This document shows, piece after piece, positions 26,705-34,757 of a stretch of 64,000 bases of DNA (its first letter is position 1; every line of letters starts with the position of its first letter). The stretch is from Pseudomonadales bacterium. GTDB taxonomy: Bacteria; Pseudomonadota; Gammaproteobacteria; Pseudomonadales; DC-out160. The stretch is from contig JAHRWA010000054.1 in NCBI GenBank assembly GCA_019090455.1, positions 4,506 to 68,505 of the forward strand, in the 5' to 3' direction. The translations under genes and the position numbers were made by a program. The notes beneath the pieces were generated by a model. The model was given only the letters and a program-made list of their open reading frames with translations. It did not search any database and was not told where the DNA came from.

Positions 26705-27457
26705 TTAAGTGGCAGTATAGCCACCGTCGATCACAAGCTCGGAACCGGTCATATAAGACGATTCATCAGAAGCTAGAAATAATACTCCCCATGATATTTC
26801 CTTCGGTTGTGCTGGGCGGCGAATGATAGCGCTACCCAATAATGCTTCCGTATTGGCCTCTTCCGTTAAAAAATCTTTAGTCATGTTGGTTGCAATGACG
26901 CCTGGGTGAACGGAGTTAACTCGGATATTAAATTCTGCATATTCTACCGCAGCGGTTTTGGTGAGTAAGCGCACAGCCCCTTTAGATGCTTGATAGGCGG
27001 AGGCACTGGGTGCACCGATAATCCCATAAATAGAGGAGATATTAATGATTGATCCACTACCGGCTTTTTGCATCGCAGTGAGAACGTACTTAACCCCAAA
27101 GAATACGCCTCGGGTATTAATACTTTGTACAAAATCCCAATCTTCTGTGGTGGTTTCCTGAATTGGTTTTAGAACGAGTACGCCCGCATTATTGACAAGA
27201 ACATCGATTTTTCCAAAATGTTGGCACCCTTTATCAACGACCTGTTTCCAATCCTCTTCAGAGGCAGTATCGTGTTTGATGAAAATCGCATCCCCACCGG
27301 AGTCATTAATTTCTTTGGCGATGGCTTCACCCTCATCGGTTTTAATGTCAGTGAGAATAAGCTTAGCGCCTTCTTCAGCTAAGAGTAGGGCATGCTCGCG
27401 CCCCATACCTAAAGCGGCACCCGTAATTAAGCATACTTTGTCTTGTACTCTACCCAT
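26705..27457 (-). CDS. Short-chain dehydrogenase/reductase (classical SDR)
   Basis: TGAALGMG cofactor motif, NNAG, S...YQASKGAV catalytic motif, PGVIAT. Confidence 0.88.
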   Translation of the reverse strand: MGRVQDKVCLITGAALGMGREHALLLAEEGAKLILTDIKTDEGEAIAKEINDSGGDAIFIKHDTASEEDWKQVVDKGCQHFGKIDVLVNNAGVLVLKPIQETTTEDWDFVQSINTRGVFFGVKYVLTAMQKAGSGSIINISSIYGIIGAPSASAYQASKGAVRLLTKTAAVEYAEFNIRVNSVHPGVIATNMTKDFLTEEANTEALLGSAIIRRPAQPKEISWGVLFLASDESSYMTGSELVIDGGYTAT

Positions 27458-27608
27458 TTTCTTTTACCTTATTGATTGTTATCAGTTGCAGGTACTTTCT
27501 CAATTTAGCTCTGAATAATAATTTTGAATACTTGTTTTAAAAGATGACCTGAGTATTTCTGAAACCGTATAACTCATGCGTTAAGGAGCTATACGGTCCG
27601 CTGTCGAT

Positions 27609-29246
27609 TTATAATACTTCAGCAGCAACAGCATCAAGCGCTGTCTTTTTCGCCCATTTATAATCTGCTTTGCCATTTGGAGCGCGCTTTACCTGATCGA
27701 CAATGACGACTTGTCTCGGCGATTTGTATCCAGCGATATGTTTGCGTGATTCTGTAATCAGATCTTCCTCGACGAGGGTTTTACCCTCTTGGGGAGAAGC
27801 GACGGCAATCACTCTTTCGCCGAATCGTTCGTCGGGTACGCCCACTACCAAACAGTCATAAACTGTTGAGTGTCGCTTCACTGCCTCTTCTACCTCCTCT
27901 GGAAATATCTTTTCGCCTCCGCTATTGATGCAGACCGACCCACGGCCTAGTAATTTAATACTGCCATCTGCTGCAACGATGGCATAATCTCCAGGAAAGC
28001 TGTATCTCTCCCCGTCGATAGTGCGGAATGTTTTAGCGGACTTCTCAGGGTCTTTGTAATAACCGACTGGTACCATGCCGCCGGCGGCAATCATTCCCTT
28101 TTCTTCAGAACCCGCTTTGACCTCTTCATCATTGTCATTAAAAACTTTGGTATGCTCGCCCATATCAAATTTTGCTGTACTGCTATCAGATTGTCGATTG
28201 GTGATAGAGCGTCCCATGGAGCCTTCAGTGGATCCCATGGCATCAATCAGCATCATGTCGTGGTGCTTAAGCATTCGTTGTTTCACTTCCGCCGTCCACA
28301 TGACACCTGATGAAATAACCATGCCGATGGAGGATATATCGTGCGGCTTACCCGCATCGAGAGCGTCATCTAACGCTTTGGCTATGGGTTTCGCAAAAGC
28401 ATCGCCAACGATGATTAAATCAGTCACTTTATTTTTAGTAACTTCTTGCAGTAAATTGTCGGGATCAAATGAAATGTTAGGAATGGTGACAGCACAGCCG
28501 CCTATCATCAGTGGGGCAAACGCACCTACCCAAATGCCAGTTCCATGCATTAAGGGGCAAGCAGCCAATGCAACGGGTAATGCGCCTTTTTCATCTAGAG
28601 ATAAAATAACCTTGGCCAATTCTTTCTTATTTCTGGGTCGCTTCAATCCGCGAAAATCGTAACTTAACCCCATGCCTTTGCTGTGGTCGCCTTGACGATA
28701 CATAACCCCTTTGGGCATTCCGGTGGTGCCGCCGGTGTAAAGCATATAAATATCATCTTCGGATCGCTCAATGCGTGGCATGGGTTTGGCGCTCGCTAGA
28801 AACTCCTCATATGCAATAGCGCCCTCAATCAAGGGTGTATTGGTTTCATCATCAACTTGAATGAGTAGCTTCAATTTAGGTAGCTTATCTTTTACGGCAG
28901 CAATTCGATCTGCCAATCTGCCATGAAATAAAACAGCTTCGCTATCACTATTGTCGAGGAGATAAATGAGTTCTTCTTCTAAATACCGATAATTAACATT
29001 GATTGGGGAGGCGCGCATTTTAAAAGCCGCAAAATGGGATTCGATATATTCGTTGCAGTTATAGAGATAATGCCCAATCTTAGCGTCCCGCTTTAAGCCG
29101 GCCTCTACTAAAGCGCCTGCGAATTGGCTGGAGCGCTGCTCAAATTCGCTCCATGTTCGTGTTGAATCCCCATGAATAATGGCGGGACGATTTGGAATGA
29201 TATCTGAAATGCATTCCCAGATGGAGGCGTAATTATCAATTATCAT
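27609..29246 (-). CDS. AMP-dependent acyl-CoA synthetase/ligase
   Basis: 545 aa. YTGGTTGMPKGV (AMP-binding motif), GDYAIVAADGSIKLLGRGS, and C-terminal PNGKADY. Confidence 0.88.
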   Translation of the reverse strand: MIIDNYASIWECISDIIPNRPAIIHGDSTRTWSEFEQRSSQFAGALVEAGLKRDAKIGHYLYNCNEYIESHFAAFKMRASPINVNYRYLEEELIYLLDNSDSEAVLFHGRLADRIAAVKDKLPKLKLLIQVDDETNTPLIEGAIAYEEFLASAKPMPRIERSEDDIYMLYTGGTTGMPKGVMYRQGDHSKGMGLSYDFRGLKRPRNKKELAKVILSLDEKGALPVALAACPLMHGTGIWVGAFAPLMIGGCAVTIPNISFDPDNLLQEVTKNKVTDLIIVGDAFAKPIAKALDDALDAGKPHDISSIGMVISSGVMWTAEVKQRMLKHHDMMLIDAMGSTEGSMGRSITNRQSDSSTAKFDMGEHTKVFNDNDEEVKAGSEEKGMIAAGGMVPVGYYKDPEKSAKTFRTIDGERYSFPGDYAIVAADGSIKLLGRGSVCINSGGEKIFPEEVEEAVKRHSTVYDCLVVGVPDERFGERVIAVASPQEGKTLVEEDLITESRKHIAGYKSPRQVVIVDQVKRAPNGKADYKWAKKTALDAVAAEVL

Positions 29247-29324
29247 AGACGTTTTTTCCTATTGCTTTAGTAGTAGAGATAGTTTTTTTCTTGTTTAAGT
29301 TGGTTTTTGTTAGGTGAATTGGTT

Positions 29325-30068
29325 CTAGCCAGGAAGGTATAGGCCTCCATTGACGTGAATGGTTTGTCCCGTAATATATCCAGCTCCCTTTGAAATAAGG
29401 AAAGCAACGGTGGCGGCAATTTCTTCTGGCTTGCCGGACCTTTTCATCGGAACTTCCTCAAAAGTGGGAGTGGTCCCTTCAGGAAAGACGTCTGCCAAAC
29501 GTTGGTGCCAAATATAGCCAGGGGCGATTGCGTTCACCGTGACACCTGATGATGCGAGATCTAATGCTACAGAGCGGGTATAACCTGTGATAGCCGCTTT
29601 TCCTGCAGCATAGGGACCCTGACCACGGCCTGGATGATAAGCGAAGAGGGAAGCGACATTAATTATCCGGCCGAAACCGGCTTCTGTCATCGCCTTACTG
29701 AAAGCTCTGGTAAGATAAAAAGTGCCGTCAATATTGACGCGCATGACACGTTCCCAGGTTTTCGTCGTCATCTCCCAAGGTTTTGCAGCGCCTTGAATGC
29801 CGGCATTATTGATGAGGTACGAGATGGATATGTTCCGAGAATTTAAAACCTCAGCGAGTTCGTCAACCTGCTGCTCCTGGGTTACGTCTAGGGGGTAAAA
29901 GCTGACATTGTTGCGAGCGATTTCCGGTAAGCTTTCTTGCCAGGCCTCAAAATCTTCTCTTCTTCGATCTACTGCAATAATGGGGATGCCGGCTTCACTA
30001 ATAGCAACAGTCATGGCGGTACCTAGACCACCCAAAGCCCCTGTTAATAGAGCGTGTCCGTTTTCCAT
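29325..30068 (-). CDS. Short-chain dehydrogenase/reductase (FabG-like)
   Basis: TGALGGLGTAM, NNAGI, YAAGKAAI, PGYI. Confidence 0.85.
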   Translation of the reverse strand: MENGHALLTGALGGLGTAMTVAISEAGIPIIAVDRRREDFEAWQESLPEIARNNVSFYPLDVTQEQQVDELAEVLNSRNISISYLINNAGIQGAAKPWEMTTKTWERVMRVNIDGTFYLTRAFSKAMTEAGFGRIINVASLFAYHPGRGQGPYAAGKAAITGYTRSVALDLASSGVTVNAIAPGYIWHQRLADVFPEGTTPTFEEVPMKRSGKPEEIAATVAFLISKGAGYITGQTIHVNGGLYLPG

Positions 30069-30339
30069 GATTATTTCCTTTAAAAAACGTTTAAGTCGCT
30101 TATACGGAAAAAGAGGATTATCTTATCCATTGATAAAAGAGGGTTTAGCGGTAGGAATTAATTTCTTATTATAAATTCGACGCTAAATCAATGTACGGGT
30201 TTTTGTGGTTCAAATCAAAGCATTCTCTTAGGGAAGTGTCTATTTCTAATTATTATTTGGTAGTATTCATGGATGGAAATTGTTGCCGTACATTAGGCGC
30301 AGAATCAATATTGTGAATAAGCAAACAGGGACATTGAAA

Positions 30340-30705
30340 ATGACGAATGCAAATGAATCTTTTCGACTTGAAAATGGATATCCGGTGATTATAGGCACCA
30401 CTTGCGCTAGTTGTGATTTCGCTTGGTTTCCCCCCGTTGAATTTGGATGTGAGCGTTGTGGCAGTTATGGAAAGTCGCTAATTGAGTCCTCGTTTTTACT
30501 AAAAGGGACTCTCCTTTCTTTCGCCGATATTATGCCAGGTACAGATACGAGCTTCTTATTATCGACGATTGAGTTGGAAAATGGAGCAACCATTCGAGCA
30601 ATTTTGGGTTGTACGACCGAAATGGCGATTGGTGATTTAACGCATGGGCGTATAGAGACGATTGAAGATAAACCTGCCATTCGATTCTATGGAATTGGGG
30701 AGTAA
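30340..30705 (+). CDS. DUF35-type Zn-ribbon/OB-fold protein (acyl-CoA-associated)
   Basis: 121 aa from ATG 30340. A four-Cys ribbon CASCDFAWFPPVEFGCERCG, then an OB-like segment. Its stop lies 1 nt before the thiolase-like gene. Confidence 0.7.
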   Translation: MTNANESFRLENGYPVIIGTTCASCDFAWFPPVEFGCERCGSYGKSLIESSFLLKGTLLSFADIMPGTDTSFLLSTIELENGATIRAILGCTTEMAIGDLTHGRIETIEDKPAIRFYGIGE

Positions 30706-30706
30706 C

Positions 30707-31855
30707 ATGGCAAAATCAATAAAAGAAATGAGGCCTGTATATGTAGTTGGAATCGGGTTAGATCGGTATCAACGTATATCGGAGCGACCCTACGTTGAAC
30801 TGGGTCTTGCCGCTATCCGTTCTGCCCTCACTGATGCAGGTATCAGCTGGCCAGATGTTGAGTCATTCTATTTGGGAACTGCCTTGCTGGGGATGGCTCC
30901 AGGGCGTGCGATGATCAAACATTTGGGGGCGACTGGAATTCCCATTGCCCAAGTTGAGAATGCATCGGCATCGGGTTCAACCTCCTTTAGGCAAGCTTGT
31001 ATCGACGTGGCTTGTGGATTGGTTGATGTGTCCATGGCGGCAGGAGTTGATAAACCAGGACCGCCATTAAAGGCTGCAAATGCGGGCCGGTCTCGAGATA
31101 TAGTGGGTAAGCGTACGGCTCCAGTTGCTCACTTCGCGTTGTTAGCAAATCGGTATATGGCTCAAAGTGGTATTACTTCAGAGCACCTCGCATCTGTTGC
31201 CGTCAAGAATCATCGCAATGGTGCATTAAATCCTTTTGCTCAAAGGCAAAAGGAAAGATCTATGGCTGATGTATTGGAGCCACCCTTTATGGCAGGTCCG
31301 TTGACGCGATTACAATGCTGCCCTGTGGGTGAAGGCGCTGCTGCCGTCGTTGTTTGTTCTGAAGAGGCGGTAGAGAGGCTGAATATTGACTCAAACCGGT
31401 TAGTTAAGGTTATGGCATCAGTGTCTGCCTCCGAACAGCTTTATCCCCCGGGCACGGATATCGATTCTGCTCTCACTCGGAGTACTGTTTTTAAGGCTTA
31501 TGATCAGAGTGGAATATCGCCAGATGACGTGGATGTGGTGGAGCTACACGATGCCTTTAGTATCGAAGAGATATTGTATGCTGAAGCCATGGGTTTATGC
31601 GGCGAAGGTGAGGCCGCGGAACTCATAGCAACGGGTGCTTTCGATATCGGAGGACGGTGTGCATTGAGTCCATCAGGTGGGCTATTAGCAATGGGGCATC
31701 CGATTGGTCCCACGGGTACAGGACAAATTGTCGAAATCACTCGACAATTAAGAGGTGAGGCGAGTCTACGACAACAACCCAATGCGAAGGTAGGGCTAGC
31801 TCACATGGTGGGCATCGGAGCGGTCTGTTTAGTGCACTTGTTACAAAAGGTTTAG
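30707..31855 (+). CDS. Thiolase-like protein (SCP-x/Ltp type) lacking the nucleophilic Cys
   Basis: 382 aa from ATG 30707 (RBS GGGGAG). Thiolase-fold motifs VGIGLDRY, DGAAAVVV-like EGAAAVVVCS, and SPSGGLLAMGHPIGPTGTGQ. The nucleophile position reads N-A-S-A-S-G-S (Ser, not Cys). Confidence 0.78.
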   Translation: MAKSIKEMRPVYVVGIGLDRYQRISERPYVELGLAAIRSALTDAGISWPDVESFYLGTALLGMAPGRAMIKHLGATGIPIAQVENASASGSTSFRQACIDVACGLVDVSMAAGVDKPGPPLKAANAGRSRDIVGKRTAPVAHFALLANRYMAQSGITSEHLASVAVKNHRNGALNPFAQRQKERSMADVLEPPFMAGPLTRLQCCPVGEGAAAVVVCSEEAVERLNIDSNRLVKVMASVSASEQLYPPGTDIDSALTRSTVFKAYDQSGISPDDVDVVELHDAFSIEEILYAEAMGLCGEGEAAELIATGAFDIGGRCALSPSGGLLAMGHPIGPTGTGQIVEITRQLRGEASLRQQPNAKVGLAHMVGIGAVCLVHLLQKV

Positions 31856-31887
31856 AGTACAAAAGGTTTAGAGTACAAAAGCTTCAG
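31844..31887. repeat. 16-bp tandem repeat (about 2.75 copies) spanning the thiolase-like stop codon
   Basis: CAAAAGGTTTAGAGTA at 31844-31859 and again at 31860-31875, then the partial copy CAAAAGCTTCAG. The first copy holds the final codons and the TAG stop (31853-31855). Confidence 0.85.
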
Positions 31888-32047
31888 GTCACTAAAGATA
31901 TTAGGTCACACAAAAAGCCTATTGATTTAACGGATTTTCGAGTGGTTGCTAACAGACGAATACGACCATTTTATGACGACGATATATTATGAACAGTAAA
32001 ACTATCAATAAGAAAAATAGCGCGAAGCTAGGAAAGGGGAATCAGGC

Positions 32048-32915
32048 GTGTCGATAAAACAGCTTAAAGGTAAAGTAGCGGTAGTAACAGGGGCAGGTTC
32101 AGGTATAGGTCAAGCAACGGCGATTGCACTAGCTCAAGAAGGGTGTCATTTGGCTTTATCCGATAATTGATGATGTCCGTTTGCAGAAAACACGGTCTCA
32201 AATTGCAGCCTTGGGTGTAAAGGTCAGTAGCTATAGTCTAAACGTCGCAGACAAAGACGCTTTTCATCAATACGCAGCGGATGTTTATAAAGAGTTTGGT
32301 CAGGTCAATATCGTTCTTAATAATGCGGGAGTGGCTCATGGCGCAGATCTTGAAAGTACCACCTATAACGATTTCGAATGGTTAATGGGAATTAATTTTT
32401 GGGGGATGGTTTACGGCTCTAAAGCATTCTTACCGTATCTAAAGAAGAGTGGTGAAGGGGTTATTGTCAATATTTCCAGTATTATGGGTTTTATCGCGCC
32501 GGGTGGTTCGGGAGCCTATAATTGTTCTAAATTTGCGATTCGTGGCTTTAGTGAAACCCTACGCATGGAATTGGACATTGAAGATTGCGGTGTAAGTTGT
32601 ATATCAGTACATCCTGGTTTTATTAAGACGAACATATTTCAAAGTAGTCGTATGGATGAGACGTTATTGTCGGATCATGATTTGACAAAAACAGATGTGG
32701 CTAACTTAGTCTCTCGGTTGGCGCCCACTACGCCAGAAAAAGCAGCTAGTATTATTGTGAAGGGTATTAAGAAAAATAAAATGAGGATTTTGGTAGGGCC
32801 TGACGCCGTAATGGTGGATTGTATGGTTCGCTATTTTCCGCAGTTGTGGAGAAAGGCTGCGGTGTTAGGTTGGCGTAAATATGGCGATCGATTCATTGGG
32901 TCTGCAGCTAAGTAA
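32048..32915 (+). pseudogene. Short-chain dehydrogenase/reductase interrupted by a +1 frameshift (or an assembly error)
   Basis: GTG 32048...TGA 32170 encodes [40 protein letters not shown]. The rest of the SDR (NNAG, YNCSKFAI, PGFI) continues in the +1 frame at 32181-32915, and that frame reads back as ...[13 protein letters not shown]. Confidence 0.7.
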
Positions 32916-32935
32916 GAACAGGAGCAGGAGAGTAG

Positions 32936-33847
32936 GTGACGTTTACTTCGAAGTTATTAGGCAATATTGATTTGTCATTGTTAGTGACGTTTCAAATGGT
33001 ACTCGCAGAAAAAAATGCGACTAAAGCGGCTCAGAAGCTGGGACTGACTCAGGGTGCCGTTAGTAAACAAATTTCCAAATTAGAGAGAATAACGGGGCTT
33101 GAGTTATTTCTGCGAAAAAACAATGGTCTTCAGCCTACAGCCAGCGCTGATGAGCTAGGGGATGCCGTTCATACGGCATTGGGTGCTCTACTTGGTGTGT
33201 TGGACCAACAAGAATATAATTATCAAAGTGATGCCGTTAAGGTGAAAATTGGTGCAACAGATTATTTTTCTTCGTTTATCTATCCCAGCTTTATTGATTA
33301 TTTGGAGAGTATAAATGCTGCCATTCACATTGAGATTATTCCTATTCCTTGTCGACTGGACACGGAGGCCTTTACAGAAAATGATCTGAGGAGGCTTCTA
33401 GTGGGTGGTACAGTGGATTTGCTGATATATCACGATGGAGCAGCATTGCAAAATTCAAAATCTCAACAGCTTATCTCCGATCCCTGGTTCCTAGTGGGTG
33501 GGGAGTATTCAGATTTAGCGACAGATTCTATAGTACAAAATACAAGTTTAAAGTACATCAGTGCAGGGCCGTTACCTGTGGATTTGATTAAAGAATACGG
33601 CACACAAGTATTTTCATACACCGGTTATTATAGTGCTCTATTTGACACGGTTGCCAAATCGAATGTTGTTGGCATTGGTCCGTCAAAAGTGTTTGATTTT
33701 AATAATCCCACGATTGCTAGCCGAGCATTAAAAATTGAGAACGCTAAACCCTTTCAGCTATCCCAATTTTGGAATCCTCAACGTTCAGAAGATCGTAGTT
33801 TGAAGTTTATTCGTAGTTTGATTTGGAATTATTGTAGTGAATTATGA
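32936..33847 (+). CDS. LysR-family transcriptional regulator
   Basis: N-terminal wHTH LLVTFQMVLAEKNATKAAQKLGLTQGAVSKQISKLERITGLELF, followed by a ~200-aa substrate-binding-type domain. Confidence 0.82.
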   Translation: MTFTSKLLGNIDLSLLVTFQMVLAEKNATKAAQKLGLTQGAVSKQISKLERITGLELFLRKNNGLQPTASADELGDAVHTALGALLGVLDQQEYNYQSDAVKVKIGATDYFSSFIYPSFIDYLESINAAIHIEIIPIPCRLDTEAFTENDLRRLLVGGTVDLLIYHDGAALQNSKSQQLISDPWFLVGGEYSDLATDSIVQNTSLKYISAGPLPVDLIKEYGTQVFSYTGYYSALFDTVAKSNVVGIGPSKVFDFNNPTIASRALKIENAKPFQLSQFWNPQRSEDRSLKFIRSLIWNYCSEL

Positions 33848-34703
33848 CAAGCCGTTTAGGCACAAAAAAAGAGGAGTATTACTTCTCGTTGGCGATTCAG
33901 GAAAATCTCTTTTCGGTACAATTTCGGCGTTAATCGGCGATATTCTTGATGTAAAAATCATTGATATGAATTCAGAATCCATTGCGCTAAGTATTGAGAA
34001 CTATGCTCCCAGTGTTATCACCTTTGTGCACGATGGAGCAAACAATACCGTTTTTTTAGCGACTTTAGAGCTATTCAAAAAGTATGCGTATAAATCGATT
34101 ATCATCTCCACTAGTCATTTCAAAGAGATTGAAGAAATCGTTTGCTCAGCAGGTTATTCCGAATATTGGTATTCCCCTATTGGGCGGGAAGTTTTAAAAA
34201 AGCGAATCGATACGATATCGGCATTTTCAGAAAAGATTACAGCATTGGATCGTAGTTTTCTTCTTAAAAGAAGCGTTCGAACTCGACTTTTGATCGTCGA
34301 AGATAATGAATATGATCGGATTCTTCTAGTAGAAACATTAAAAAATAAATATGAATTGATGATTGTGAGCTCTGCTAAAGAAGCGCTTTCGATATTAGCT
34401 ATCTCTCAGGAAGAGGGTAATGAAATTGCCGGTATTATTTTGGATGTTTTTCTTCCTGGCGAAAATGGCTTCGATGTATTCGATAGCATTCGTGCAGATG
34501 AATCGTACAGGGATATTCCGATTTTGTTTTCGACTTCCAAAACTGCGTGGAGAGATGTATTACATGGGTTAAATCTGGGTGCTGCTGATTATTTAAAAAA
34601 ACCGATTCAGCCGTTTAAGGTGTTGGCTAAAGTCAATGCTGCTATGTTTCGCGCGAGAATAGAACAAGTCTGGCGAATTGAAAAAGGCGGGTCTGGCTCC
34701 TAG
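33837..34703 (+). CDS. Response regulator with a canonical receiver domain preceded by a degenerate receiver-like domain; no output domain
   Basis: C-terminal REC: RLLIVEDNEYDR...IILDVFLPGENGFDVF...PILFSTSK...GAADYLKKP. The N-terminal half (VLLLVGDSGKS...) looks receiver-like. Overlaps the LysR gene by 11 nt. Confidence 0.75.
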   Translation: MNYDKPFRHKKRGVLLLVGDSGKSLFGTISALIGDILDVKIIDMNSESIALSIENYAPSVITFVHDGANNTVFLATLELFKKYAYKSIIISTSHFKEIEEIVCSAGYSEYWYSPIGREVLKKRIDTISAFSEKITALDRSFLLKRSVRTRLLIVEDNEYDRILLVETLKNKYELMIVSSAKEALSILAISQEEGNEIAGIILDVFLPGENGFDVFDSIRADESYRDIPILFSTSKTAWRDVLHGLNLGAADYLKKPIQPFKVLAKVNAAMFRARIEQVWRIEKGGSGS

Positions 34704-34757
34704 AGTTTAGCGTTTGAATATGGGCATCTGATTTGTTTGTTGTTAGATCCTCTTTCC

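Noticed and set aside
31989-32057. 22-codon ORF ([22 protein letters not shown]) as an N-terminal extension or second frameshift of the broken SDR
   Set aside because: It is in a different frame from the GTG-started Rossmann segment, has no RBS, and is not needed to explain the SDR. It is too short to support.
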